NCBI GenBank assembly: GCA_964291295.2
Contig: OZ219754.1
Location: forward strand, 2,752,001-2,816,000
Length of the DNA: 64,000 nucleotides
Reading direction: 5' to 3'
Source of the DNA: an uncultured Candidatus Binatia bacterium
Lineage (GTDB): Bacteria; Desulfobacterota; Binatia; UBA9968; JAJDTQ01
Both the position numbers and the translations under genes were made by a program. Of the stretch, positions 9,512-19,767 are shown piece after piece. The notes beneath the pieces were generated by a model. That model was not told the origin of the DNA, ran no database searches, and saw only the letters and a list, made by a program, of their open reading frames with translations. Every line of letters begins with the position of its first letter. Position 1 is the first letter of the stretch.

Positions 9512-10744
9512 TCACTCGAAGACGACGCTGGCGAAGCTGCAGATGGAGCCGACCGGGTCCATCGCTCCATGGTCGTGGGCGACCAGACGGCCGCGTTGGG
9601 CCGGCATGGACTTGAGCAGCGTGTATATGGGCGGGAAGCCGCATACGCGCCGCCGGTCGTCTTCCTGTTGGAGGTAGTCGCGAAAACCTTCCGGATCCAC
9701 CCTCTCCACGTGACGCAACATCTCCCGATCACGGCGCTTGACGGTCTCCAGTTCTTCTCCCTCGAAACCGCCGGCATCGCCGTAGCGTGGCCCCACGTGA
9801 GCCAGGTCCGCGCTGGCGACAAGACAGACACGGCGCCCGTCTTCGGCGATGGCCGTGCGCAACGCCTCGGTGAACCGCTTGATGGACTCGCCCGCCGCAC
9901 CGGACCCGGGTGCCTGGCAGGAGAAAGAGCAAAGGACCGGGATGACCGGAATCGCGTTGCCGAAGAGCTGCTGGATGAAAAGTACCTGGAACTCGACGGT
10001 ATGCTCGGAACGGTGGGCCAATTCGTCGGTGAAGAGATCGCCGCCGTGGAGTGCGTGCAGACGGGACAGGAACCGTTCCTCCACCGGAACCACCCCCAGC
10101 GGCGTGGCGAAGCGCTTCGAGGTCAGAACGAAAGGGTTTCGCATCCCGTTGTGCCCGGTTCCCAGGATCACGAAAAGTTCCGGAGGCTCCGCTTCGGCCA
10201 GTTCCTTGTAGGCCCAGGCGTAGGCGTGGCCCCCCAGGCGCAGGTCGATGTGAGGCACGACGATACCGGGTATCCGCCGCTCGGAATTCCGCGCGGCAGG
10301 CAGCCCCGGACCCGCGGGAGGAAGGAACAGCCGCGCCAGCCCTTCCTTCAGCGCGGCGGGCTCTTCGTCATAGCTGACGCCCGCGTGAAAGGCCTCACGG
10401 ACCGTGGCTTCCTGGAACGAACGCGCCAGCCGCAGGTAGTGGCGGTCGAAGTGGTCGCCGGCCAGGAAGTACCCCTCGTCCAAGGTCTGGCAGAGCTGTT
10501 TCAGCAGGGGGAGCGGAAACTCGACCTTGTATTTCTCCCGGCAGGCGGCCTGGACCTCCGGCAACGTGTGCGCGCCGTCGAGGAACTGCAGCGCGCACGC
10601 GGCCTCCACCCGAAGATGCAGGACCTTGTCGCTCAGGTGCCGGGGGTCCCGGATGCCGAAGGACGGCTGACCCTGCTCCCCGGGGACCGGAAAGATATCG
10701 ACATGGCGAAGGCGGGGCCGCATGGAGAGGTTTCCGCTGGCCAT
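9512..10744 (-). CDS. amrB: AmmeMemoRadiSam system protein B (MEMO1 family) with N-terminal extension
   Basis: PHID, GTGH, EHTVEFQ, SADLAHVG, VCGFPP motifs. Confidence 0.88.
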   Translation of the reverse strand: MASGNLSMRPRLRHVDIFPVPGEQGQPSFGIRDPRHLSDKVLHLRVEAACALQFLDGAHTLPEVQAACREKYKVEFPLPLLKQLCQTLDEGYFLAGDHFDRHYLRLARSFQEATVREAFHAGVSYDEEPAALKEGLARLFLPPAGPGLPAARNSERRIPGIVVPHIDLRLGGHAYAWAYKELAEAEPPELFVILGTGHNGMRNPFVLTSKRFATPLGVVPVEERFLSRLHALHGGDLFTDELAHRSEHTVEFQVLFIQQLFGNAIPVIPVLCSFSCQAPGSGAAGESIKRFTEALRTAIAEDGRRVCLVASADLAHVGPRYGDAGGFEGEELETVKRRDREMLRHVERVDPEGFRDYLQQEDDRRRVCGFPPIYTLLKSMPAQRGRLVAHDHGAMDPVGSICSFASVVFE

Positions 10745-10822
10745 TCGGACATGGTTATAACGTAGACCGGGAGAATGCGAACGGATGGACGCGCCACCGC
10801 CGCTTCAGGCGGTGTACGGGCA

Positions 10823-11731
10823 ATGAGAAACGGAACGATCACCGCGGTCACCGGCATCCAGGTGGGCCACGCCACCCACCGGCGCGCGCGCACCGGTTGC
10901 ACCGTCGTCCTCTGCACGAAGGGTGCCGTCGCCGGCGTCGACGTGCGCGGATTCGCCCCGGGCACCCGGGAGACCGACACCATCCGGCCCGGACGCCTGG
11001 CGGGACAGGCTCACGGCGTCCTCCTGACCGGCGGCAGCGCCTATGGTCTCGATGCCGCGGCCGGGGTCATGCGGTTTCTCGAAGAACGCGGTGTCGGGTT
11101 TGCAACCCCCCATGCTCCGGTCCCCATCGTCCCCGCCGCGGTGATCTACGACCTGGGCACGGGAGACTCCCGGGTGCGGCCCGACAGGGCCATGGGCTAT
11201 CGCGCCTGCAAGGCGGCAGGCGCCGATCCCGTGCCCACCGGGACGGTGGGTGCCGGGACCGGCGCCACGGTGGGCAAAGCCCCGGGTCTGCGGCCCGCCG
11301 CCGGTGGCATCGGCTCGGCCTGCACGCGGCTCGCCAACGGCGCGGCGGTGGGCGCTCTGGTGGTGGTGAACGCCGTCGGCAGCATCGTCGATCCCGCCAC
11401 CGGCGAGGTGGTTGCCGGCGCCCGCGACGACGGCCCCGGCCGCACGGCCGGGGCGGGAACGAAGCGGCGCCCCGGGCCGGCGGCGCCCGGAACCCATACC
11501 ACCATCGGTGTCATCGCCACCGACGCCGTTCTCTCCCCGACCGAGGCCGGCATGGTGGCCAGCATGGCCCACGACGGCATCGCCCGAGCCGTCCGCCCGT
11601 CCCATACCCTCCACGACGGCGATACGCTGTTCGCCCTTTCCACCGGCAGGCGCCGGGCCGACGCCAACGCCGTCGGCATACTGGCCGCCGAAGTGACGGC
11701 CCGGGCCATTCTGAACGCGGTGGGACGATAG
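10823..11731 (+). CDS. P1/S58 family peptidase (DmpA-like)
   Basis: ITAVTGIQVGH, TGCTV, DVRGFAPGTRET, LTGGSAYGL, GAGTGA, VVNAVG, HTLHDGDTLF. Confidence 0.9.
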   Translation: MRNGTITAVTGIQVGHATHRRARTGCTVVLCTKGAVAGVDVRGFAPGTRETDTIRPGRLAGQAHGVLLTGGSAYGLDAAAGVMRFLEERGVGFATPHAPVPIVPAAVIYDLGTGDSRVRPDRAMGYRACKAAGADPVPTGTVGAGTGATVGKAPGLRPAAGGIGSACTRLANGAAVGALVVVNAVGSIVDPATGEVVAGARDDGPGRTAGAGTKRRPGPAAPGTHTTIGVIATDAVLSPTEAGMVASMAHDGIARAVRPSHTLHDGDTLFALSTGRRRADANAVGILAAEVTARAILNAVGR

Positions 11732-11865
11732 GGCGGGGACGTTCCAGGGGGGACGTTTCCCCGGCCACTCGCCCATGCCGGGGAGGCGTTGCCGGGAGAA
11801 CCGGGGTGCGTCGTCTCCAGGGCAGGCTTGAGCGGGAGCCGCGTTGTCTGTTACACAGAAGGGAG

Positions 11866-11940
11866 GCGCCCGTAGTGAAAAGGACATCACGAGGGTCTCC
11901 GGAACCCTAAGTCCAGGTTCGATTCCTGGCGGGCGCACCA
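11866..11940 (+). tRNA. tRNA-Arg (anticodon CCG)
   Basis: Acceptor stem GCGCCCG/CGGGCGC, D stem GTGA/TCAC, anticodon arm AGGGT-CTCCGGA-ACCCT, T arm CCAGG-TTCGATT-CCTGG, encoded CCA. Confidence 0.96.
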
Positions 11941-12077
11941 CCCCGCACCATCCCCCGCACCATCCTTGTCCGCACCAAACCCATCGATTCCCGTCGAGTT
12001 GCGCGGCGACGGCCCGAAACCGGGGCGCGGCCAAAGTCCCGGGCCACGGCCGGAGTCCCGGGGCGCGGCCTGGTCGC

Positions 12078-13142
12078 CTACTCCGGCAGCTTGTCGTCGA
12101 TTCCCCTGACGTACCAGTTCATGCCCAGCAGGGTGCCGTCATCGAGCCGATTGCCCTTGGCCACGGCCAGGGAGCCGTCCTGCCTGTAGATGGGACCGTC
12201 AAAGGCGTGCACCCTGCCGGAGCGGATATTCTCTTCGGTGGCCCGGGCCATGGCGGCCACGTCCTCGGGCATGTTGGTGTAGGGAGCCATCCCGACCATG
12301 CCGGTGTCCATCCCGCCCCAGGTGTCCATGGACTTCCAGGAGCCGTCGAGCACCGCCTTGGTGCGCTGGATGTAGTAGGGCCTCCAGTCGTCGATAATGG
12401 CGGTGAGTTGAGTCCCCGGGCCGAACCGGATCATGTCCGACGCCTGACCGAAGGCCTTGACCCCCTTCTCGCCGGCGATCTGCATGGGCGCGGTGGAGTC
12501 GGTGTGCTGGGTGATGATGTCCGCCCCCTGGCCTATGAGCACCTTGGCGGCGTCGGCCTCCTTGCCGGGATCGAACCAGGAGTTCACCCAGACCGTCCTG
12601 ACCTTGAAATCGGGATTGACGGACTGGGCACCGAGCATGAAGGCGTTGATGCCGCGCACGACTTCGGGGATCGGGAAGGAGGCGATGTAGCCCGCCATCC
12701 CGCGCCGGGACATCCGGGCGGCAATCTGCCCGATGACGTAGCGGCCCTCGTAAAAGCGCGAGGAGTAGGTGGCGACATTGTCGGCGCGCTTGTATCCCGT
12801 GGCATGCTCGAACTTCACCTTCGGGAAACGCCTGGCAACCTTGAGGGTCGGGTCCATGAAACCGAAGGAGGTGGTGAAGATCAGTCCGGCGCCCTGGCGG
12901 GCCAGGCGCGTGATGGCGCGCTCGGTGTCCGGCCCTTCGGTGACCTTCTCGATGTAAAGGGTCTCGACCTGACTGCCCAGGGCCTTGCCGACGGCAAGAC
13001 GCCCTTGGTCGTGCTGGTAGCTCCAGCCGTGGTCGCCGATGGGACCGACGTAGATGAAACCGACCTTCAGGGGATCCGCCCCCGAGGCGGCAGTGGCAAG
13101 GGCCAGCACAAGGACGGCCGCCAGCACGATGATCTTTCGCAT
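12078..13142 (-). CDS. BMP family ABC transporter substrate-binding protein (purine/nucleoside)
   Basis: Signal peptide; KVGFIYVGPIGDHGWSYQHDQGR, FTTSFGFMD, PIPEVVRGINAF, QHTDS. Confidence 0.93.
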   Translation of the reverse strand: MRKIIVLAAVLVLALATAASGADPLKVGFIYVGPIGDHGWSYQHDQGRLAVGKALGSQVETLYIEKVTEGPDTERAITRLARQGAGLIFTTSFGFMDPTLKVARRFPKVKFEHATGYKRADNVATYSSRFYEGRYVIGQIAARMSRRGMAGYIASFPIPEVVRGINAFMLGAQSVNPDFKVRTVWVNSWFDPGKEADAAKVLIGQGADIITQHTDSTAPMQIAGEKGVKAFGQASDMIRFGPGTQLTAIIDDWRPYYIQRTKAVLDGSWKSMDTWGGMDTGMVGMAPYTNMPEDVAAMARATEENIRSGRVHAFDGPIYRQDGSLAVAKGNRLDDGTLLGMNWYVRGIDDKLPE

Positions 13143-13174
13143 GGTTCCTTCTCCGGTGGGTCAAGGGTGCCGGA

Positions 13175-14095
13175 TCAGCGATCCGGCACGAACGTTTGTC
13201 CGATACAAGCAGGTGTATGCATCCTCGTCAAGATTCGGTTGCCGGACATGACCAGCAGCGCCGCAATGGTGACCAGATACGGCAGGGCGGCCAGGAACTG
13301 CGACGGCAGGGCGACGCCGATTCCCTGTGCGTAGAGGCCCATGATCCATACGGTGCCGAAGAGGTAGGCGCCCACGGCCACGCGCCCGGGAGTCCAGGTG
13401 GCGAACACCACCAGCGCCAGCGCGATCCAGCCCCGGCCCGCTGTCATGTTCTCGATCCACTGCGGCGTGTACACCAGCGACAGGTATCCCCCGGCCAGCC
13501 CGGCGCAGGCGCCGCCAAAGGCGATGCAGCCACAGCGCAGGCCGGCGACGTGGTAGCCCAGGGCGTGCGCGGCGTGATGGTTGCTGCCGACAGCACGGAT
13601 GGCCAGCCCCAGGCGTGTGCGGCCGAACATCCAGGCGACCGATGCGGTGATGGCCACGGAAGCGTACACGAGCAAGTCCTGGCCAAACAGCACCGGACCC
13701 ACCAGGGGCAGGTGGCTCAGCCACGGAATGTGAATGGCCTCAAGCTTCACGCCGGGAAATCCGGTGAAAGTCTGGCCCATGAGCCCCGACAGGCCGACAC
13801 CGAACAGTGTCAGGGCCAGACCCGTGGCCATCTGGTTGGCGGCCAGGGTCTGGGTGAGAAAGGCGAACAGCAGCGCCATGCAGACGCCGGTGGCGGTGGC
13901 CGCGGCCACCCCGACAGCCGCCGACCCGGTGGTGTGGGCGGCCGCGAAACCACTCACCGCGCCCATGATCATCATGCCCTCGACCCCGAGGTTGAGGACG
14001 CCGGAACGTTCCGCCACGAGTTCGCCCACCGCCGCCAGCAGCAAGGGCGTCGATGCCGTGATGATGGTAAGCAGGATCGCCTCCAGAGCGCTCAT
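13175..14095 (-). CDS. ABC transporter permease (nucleoside/purine type)
   Basis: TPLLLAAVGELVAERSGVLNLGVEGMM, MTAGRGWIALA, LPYLVT; overlaps the upstream stop. Confidence 0.92.
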   Translation of the reverse strand: MSALEAILLTIITASTPLLLAAVGELVAERSGVLNLGVEGMMIMGAVSGFAAAHTTGSAAVGVAAATATGVCMALLFAFLTQTLAANQMATGLALTLFGVGLSGLMGQTFTGFPGVKLEAIHIPWLSHLPLVGPVLFGQDLLVYASVAITASVAWMFGRTRLGLAIRAVGSNHHAAHALGYHVAGLRCGCIAFGGACAGLAGGYLSLVYTPQWIENMTAGRGWIALALVVFATWTPGRVAVGAYLFGTVWIMGLYAQGIGVALPSQFLAALPYLVTIAALLVMSGNRILTRMHTPACIGQTFVPDR

Positions 14096-15240
14096 GGCGC
14101 GGCGCCTCCGGCACTGGCGGTGCGCGAAGCGGTGCCGCCGAGCCCCGGGAAGACCCTTTCCCCGGGTTGCGACGGGGGGCGCGCCGCCCACTCCAGCCGC
14201 ACTTGGCAACGAATCAGCGTGTCGCAGGTGAGGATGAAGAAAAGCAGCATGCCCTGGAATACCTGCGCGGTCTTCTCGGAGATGGCAAGCTCCACCTGCG
14301 CCGCCTCGCCGCCGAGGTAGCAGATGGCCAGCACCAGCCCCCCGAACAGCGTGCCCAGCGGATTCAGGCGCCCCAGAAACGCGACGATGATGGCGGTGAA
14401 GCCGTAACCCGGCGAGATGCTGGGTTGAAGCTGTCCCACCGGGCCGGCCACCTCGCAGATTCCCGCCAGTCCGGCCAGGGCGCCGGAGATGCCGAAGCAG
14501 AGCCAGGTGGTTCCCCGCTGGGAGAAGCCGCCGAAACCGCTTGCGCGCGGCGCCTCTCCCCTCACCCGGATCTCGAACCCCTTGAGCGTGCGCGACATGA
14601 ACACGGCCAGCAGCAAGGCCGCGACAACGGCGAAGACGGCGCCGAGATGCACGCGACCGTCGCCGAAGGTGGCCAGCAGATGCCCGTCGCCGAAACTGAC
14701 GGACTTGGGAAAGTTGAACCCGTGGGGGTCGCGCCACGGCCCCCGCACCAGCCAGTCCAGCAGATACCGGGCCACGTACACCAGCATCAGGCTGGTGAGG
14801 ATCTCGTTGGCGCCGAAGCGGTTGCGCAGGAGCGCCGGCACCGCCGCCCAGGCCATGCCGCCGAGCATGCCCAGCAGCAACATGGCGGGAAGCGCCAGCG
14901 CCGAATCCCACCGGGGCGCCAGGATGGGGATGGCGGCGCCGGCCAGAGCGCCGGCGACGAGTTGGCCCTCGGCGCCGATGTTCCAGAGATCGGCGCGAAA
15001 GCAGACCGCCAGGCCCGCTCCGATCAGAACCAGGGGTGTGGCCTTGACGAGAAGCTCCTCCAACGACCAGAGGGTCGTCAGGGGACTGACGAAATAGACG
15101 TAGAGGGCGTGCAGGGGATCAAGACCCTGGAAGGCGAAGAGGATGCTCCCGGACAGCAAGGTCAGGGCCACGGCGAGCAGCGGTGAAGCGAGCTGCATCG
15201 CCCGGCTGCGCTCCGCCCGCTTCTGAAGCACCACCCTCAC
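14092..15240 (-). CDS. ABC transporter permease (nucleoside/purine type)
   Basis: ATPLVLIGAGLAV, WNIGAEGQL, NEILTSLML, GYGFTAIIVAFLGRLNP. Confidence 0.92.
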   Translation of the reverse strand: MRVVLQKRAERSRAMQLASPLLAVALTLLSGSILFAFQGLDPLHALYVYFVSPLTTLWSLEELLVKATPLVLIGAGLAVCFRADLWNIGAEGQLVAGALAGAAIPILAPRWDSALALPAMLLLGMLGGMAWAAVPALLRNRFGANEILTSLMLVYVARYLLDWLVRGPWRDPHGFNFPKSVSFGDGHLLATFGDGRVHLGAVFAVVAALLLAVFMSRTLKGFEIRVRGEAPRASGFGGFSQRGTTWLCFGISGALAGLAGICEVAGPVGQLQPSISPGYGFTAIIVAFLGRLNPLGTLFGGLVLAICYLGGEAAQVELAISEKTAQVFQGMLLFFILTCDTLIRCQVRLEWAARPPSQPGERVFPGLGGTASRTASAGGAAP

Positions 15241-16793
15241 GTCCGCAGATCCCGGTCCGGCGCCGGGCCGGCCTCCGGCGTTCCAGCCATGAGCATGCCG
15301 ATGCGTTCGCGGTCGATTCCTCCGGCCGGGAATGTGTCCGACAGGGTGCCGCGGGAGATGACCGCGATGCGGTCGGCGATCTCGAAGATTTCGTCCAGAT
15401 CCTGGCTGATGACCAGCACGGCCGCGCCGTCCCGGGCCCGGTTCACCAGAGCCTGCCGGATGACCGCCGCCGCACCTGCGTCCATCCCCCAGGTGGGCTG
15501 ATGGATCACCAGGATTCGGGGTTCGCGGTCCAGCTCCCGACCCACCACGAATTTCTGCAGGTTGCCGCCGGAAAGCGCATGGGCCTGCTGATCCTGATGG
15601 CCGGCCCGCACGTCGAAGCGCCGGGCGACCCGCGCCGCCAGGGCCCGGGTCCGGCCGCCGGCGACGAATCCGCCGCGCACCAGGTCATCGCCGGAGGCAT
15701 GTCGGGTGAGCAGCACATTCTCCGACAACCGGAAGCCGGGCACGGCGCTGTGTCCCAGCCGTTCCTCGGGCACGAAGGCGGCCCCCAGGCGCCGGCGCTC
15801 GGTGATGTCCTGACTGCCGCACGGCTTGCCGGCGATGAGAACCGATTCCGGCGTGGGAGCCAGCCGTTCCCCCGAGAGCACCTCGAAGAGCTCGGACTGG
15901 CCGTTGCCGGCCACGCCGGCCACCGCCGTCACCTCGCCGCTTCGAAGCTCGAGGGAGACGTTGCGCAACGTCATGCCGAAGGGGCGGGTGGCCGGGATGG
16001 AGAGGTCGGCGATGGCCAGCGCCGTGGGACCGGCCGTTTGACGCGCCTCGGCGTGGACCGACCGCACCTCCGCGCCCACCATGAGCCGCGCCAGCGATGC
16101 CGTGGTCTCGGCCCGGGGGTCGACATCGGCCACCACCTGGCCTTGGCGCAGGATGGTGGCGCGGTGACAGAGTTCCCTTGTCTCCTCCAGTCGATGCGAG
16201 ATGTAGAGCACCGCACAGCCGTCACGGGCGAGTCGCCTCACGGTGTGGAAGAGTTGCCGGGCCTCCTGGGGTGTCAGCACCGCGGTGGGTTCGTCCATGA
16301 TCAGCAAACGGGGTTGCTGGAGCAGACAGCGCACCACCTCGATGCGCTGGCGTACCCCCACCGGGAGATCCGCCACCAGCGCCGTGGGCTCCAGCGGCAA
16401 CCCATACGCCGCCGATATCTTCTCGACTCTCCGGGCCAGCGCCCGCAGGTCGAAGGAACCGGGGAGCGCGAGGGCGATGTTCTCCACCACGGTCAGGGCC
16501 TCGAACAGCGAGAAATGCTGGAAGACCATCCCGATACCCCGTTGTCGGGCCGCCCGGGGGTCCGGCACGATGATGTTCCCGCCGCGCCAGCGAAGCCGGC
16601 CCGCTGTCGGCTGCAGCGCTCCGTAGATGATCTTGACCAAGGTGGACTTGCCCGCCCCGTTCTCCCCCAGCAGCGCGTGGATTTCCCCGGGTCGCAGGCG
16701 CAAGGTGATCCTGTCGTTGGCGGTGAAGGCACCGAAGCGCTTGACGATATCCTCGGCCTCGAGAAGGTAGCCGCCGCCGTCCATCATCTCCAT
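15237..16793 (-). CDS. ABC transporter ATP-binding protein (tandem ABC domains)
   Basis: LLGENGAGKST, MDEPTAVL, LSGGNLQK, QPTWGMD; start approximate. Confidence 0.93.
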   Translation of the reverse strand: MEMMDGGGYLLEAEDIVKRFGAFTANDRITLRLRPGEIHALLGENGAGKSTLVKIIYGALQPTAGRLRWRGGNIIVPDPRAARQRGIGMVFQHFSLFEALTVVENIALALPGSFDLRALARRVEKISAAYGLPLEPTALVADLPVGVRQRIEVVRCLLQQPRLLIMDEPTAVLTPQEARQLFHTVRRLARDGCAVLYISHRLEETRELCHRATILRQGQVVADVDPRAETTASLARLMVGAEVRSVHAEARQTAGPTALAIADLSIPATRPFGMTLRNVSLELRSGEVTAVAGVAGNGQSELFEVLSGERLAPTPESVLIAGKPCGSQDITERRRLGAAFVPEERLGHSAVPGFRLSENVLLTRHASGDDLVRGGFVAGGRTRALAARVARRFDVRAGHQDQQAHALSGGNLQKFVVGRELDREPRILVIHQPTWGMDAGAAAVIRQALVNRARDGAAVLVISQDLDEIFEIADRIAVISRGTLSDTFPAGGIDRERIGMLMAGTPEAGPAPDRDLRT

Positions 16794-16893
16794 GCGTCGA
16801 GCCCGCTCACTGCTACAATATAGGGTATCCTGAGAACGCCGGCACACTATATGGGGTGTCGGTGCCACGTGCAACCATCCCGGCCCCAAGGGG

Positions 16894-17496
16894 TCACACG
16901 CGCGCCGCGAACGGTCCGATGCCGAGCTTGTGCCTGATGATCTCGTCCCGCGTCAAGCCGTGGAGTTCATGGGGAAAGACCAGCCAGTGGTCCGTTTCGT
17001 GCACGTAATAATCGGGCTCACGGTCGGTCCGGTTGTTCGCCGGCTTGTAGTAGACGGTGGCAACGCGGGTGTCCTCCGGCGCGTTGCGGCGGGACCTGCT
17101 CTTCAGGTGCGCGAGGACGGCCTTGATACTGAGACCGCTGTCGAACACGTCGTCGACGAGCAGGAGTCCCTGGTCGGCGTCGACGTTGTCGATGATGTAT
17201 TGCATGCCGTGAACGCGGATGCGCGAGTCCGTCCGTCCGACCCCCTTGTAGAACGAGGTGCGGATGGCGATGTGGTCGGTCTCGATCCCGAAGTAGTCGA
17301 GCAACTCCTGCACCGCAATGCCCACCGGAGTGCCGCCCCGCCAGATGCCGACGATGAAGCTCGGACGAAAGCCGCTTTCCAGCACCTGCATGCCGAGCCG
17401 GAAGGAGTCCTCAAGCAGGGATTGCGCGTCGATGTAGGTCTTCCGGACAGTCGCGGGCTCGATGTGGGACAAGGGTTCCACTGGATATTCGACCAT
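16894..17496 (-). CDS. Purine (hypoxanthine/xanthine) phosphoribosyltransferase-like protein
   Basis: GIWRGG, PRPP motif LLVDDVFDSGLS, WLVFPHE; adjacent to the purine ABC operon. Confidence 0.85.
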   Translation of the reverse strand: MVEYPVEPLSHIEPATVRKTYIDAQSLLEDSFRLGMQVLESGFRPSFIVGIWRGGTPVGIAVQELLDYFGIETDHIAIRTSFYKGVGRTDSRIRVHGMQYIIDNVDADQGLLLVDDVFDSGLSIKAVLAHLKSRSRRNAPEDTRVATVYYKPANNRTDREPDYYVHETDHWLVFPHELHGLTRDEIIRHKLGIGPFAARV

Positions 17497-17968
17497 CCAT
17501 CTTTCCTCTCGACAGGTGCGCGGGCGTGCGGCAGCGCCGGTGCGTGCACGGTGGTTCCCACCCTTTTATCGGAAATGCGTGATAGTGCAAGGGGAGACCC
17601 GAACAGAGCTTCCCCAAAGTACCCGCTGGATGTGTCCGCTGAATGATCCCATCCATGGAATCACTCAGCGCCGCCCGCGGCTGCAAGTTCCGACATCAAG
17701 CAGATGGAAGCCCGCGTTTTCGTCGTCATGGACGCCCGTGGGTCGAACACTCGAGAACTTCCTGGTGGGAGCGGCGGACACGTCACTCGACTGCCAGCAG
17801 GCACGGGACGCACTTCTTGCGGACTTCGAGAACCGGCCACCCGCCGCAAGAGCCGCCAAACGGCAATGGTTCGAGTTCCTCAAACTGCCTGGCGGCGGAC
17901 TGCATGGGGCGACGGTCGGGAAGACGGCGGGGGATTGAATTGAAACAATCGCGGGCGGGGCGTTCTCC

Positions 17969-19005
17969 TCACCAGCGCAGCGCACCGCGCAGCATGAGGC
18001 TCTGTTCGCCGTTGGTCCAGGGCCGGCTTGTGCCCTCGACTCCCAGGGCGACTCCCGAGCCCAGGCTGTAGCGCGCACCCAGGCGCAGCGTGCGCTCGCC
18101 CGACTCCGCCAGGCTGGGCCCGGCATACGGCGTCAGCGGCGCCGGGCCGGCGATGCCGATGCCGTGCCCCATCTCCGCCTCCAGGCGGCTCTCCCCCGCT
18201 CCGCTGTCCGTGGCCGGACCGTAGTCGAACAACCCCCTCACACCGCTTGCCGTGCGACCATGGGCCGGGCCGAAGCTCAGATAGCTCCCCCGCCCGTCGG
18301 CCCCGGGGTCAAGGCGCACCAAGGCGCTCACGCCCCATTCCTCCCGGTCCCGCTCGTGCACCGCCAGCATCCGGGCGCGCAACGCCGCGGTCAGACGGGC
18401 CCCGGGTCGCGCCAGATCACGCCGGCCCCCACCTCCACCCCGCCGCCCTGCCCAACGTCGCCGTCGTCATGACGCACGCCCACTTCCAGTGCCGGCGTCA
18501 GCGTCGCATCGCCCCCGACACGGTGCTCCCAGGACCCCTCCACCATCAGCCGCAGCCGGCTCGCCTTCACCGTCAGATCGGTCAGACCGCCGCCAGCCTC
18601 CGTGCCCAGTTGGACCAGGGAACCCTCCCCCTTCACCGCCAACCGCGTGGTGCCCCCGGCGATGAACTCCCGATCCTCCACCAGCACCCCGCGCCCGCCC
18701 GCCGCCGCAATCCACTGCGACAGGTCCGCCGTGCGCACCGCCGCGCCCGCCTCGGTGATCCGCACCTCGTCCGTCCCGTAGCCCGCACTCGCCCACAGCG
18801 TCGTGCCGTCCGCCCGCAGCCACGCCAGATAAGGGTTCACCGATACCACCCGGCTCTCGTGAATGCTTTTCGTCCGGTCGCCCCTCTTCGACACCGCATC
18901 CACCTTGCCCTTCGCATACGACACCGCCGCCCCGGCCAGCAGGTCCGGGCGAACCCGCACGTCCGCCCCCAGATACCCCGACCACAGCCCGCCCTCCCAG
19001 GAAAG
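17969..19005 (-). pseudogene. Autotransporter beta-domain remnant, 5'-truncated and frameshifted near 18400
   Basis: Two frames (WEGGLWSGYLGAD...VGVRHDDGD and LRARMLAVH...LMLRGALRW) are colinear with the C-terminus of the intact autotransporter ending at 28223. The N-terminus is replaced by IS sequence. Confidence 0.85.
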
Positions 19006-19663
19006 TCTCCTTCCGTCGACCGTGGGGGTCGGTGTAGCGCCCGTTGGCACGCGCAAACCCGCGGGTCCTGCCCAGCACCTGCCAGCCCGCCGCCTTGTAA
19101 AGCGTGCCCGCAAACAACCCCGGATCGCAGAACCTCTCGGCCACAAGCACCTGATGACCGTGCACCGCCAGCCAGTCCAAACTCAGCCGGCGAATCATCC
19201 GCGCCACGAAATGGGAGGCAAGGTTCGGAAACACACCGGGCTCGGAGAGCACCAGAAGGCGCGTGTTGTTGGCGATCAGACCCGGACGCTCGAACGGCTG
19301 CTTCGACCGCCAGCCGTCCAACCGTCCCGCGATCGGCACTTGAAGGCGCCGTTCTGCCACGCCGCCAAGCAACGGCCTCTGAAGGTCGCCACATGACGAA
19401 GGCCGCGGCCTGCCAGACGGCGAAAGCCCGGATAAGGATGCCTGTCCATCAGCACGTCCCAGTCCGGACACTCCTCCGGTTTCACCAGACGCACCTCCAC
19501 CTCCGACAGCGAATACCCTTCCGGTGCCTCACCGTGGATCACGCTCGACCCCTTGCAGATGCGTCCCGATATTCCCCAAGCATGACTGCCCCAGCGCAAG
19601 AACGTCAGTGCCTGACCCCAAACCTCCCCCACCCGCCCAAACTCGCAGCGTGGGACAGCCCTG
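19006..19663 (-). mobile_element. 5' remnant of an ISAs1-type element with degenerate DUF4338 coding region
   Basis: Begins CAGGGC (ISAs1-like end) at 19663. Segment 19006-19560 is clearly homologous to 47370-47930 and contains frameshifts. Confidence 0.7.
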
Positions 19664-19767
19664 GAGACCCGGAAGCCCGCCTGGTGGAGTCGGAGCGGTG
19701 GTGCGGATCGCCGGGATCGGCAGCGGAACCCGCCCCCGTTATCCTGATGCCGATCCGCCGACCCGCA

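Noticed and set aside
17700-17938. Protein-like stretch RTLENFLVGAADTSLDCQQARDALLADF...WFEFLKL
   Set aside because: May be a gene fragment, but there is no start, RBS or identifiable family.
11866-19663. Integrative element at tRNA-Arg
   Set aside because: No integrase and no distal duplicate of the tRNA 3' end was found; the downstream genes are an ordinary purine uptake/salvage cluster.
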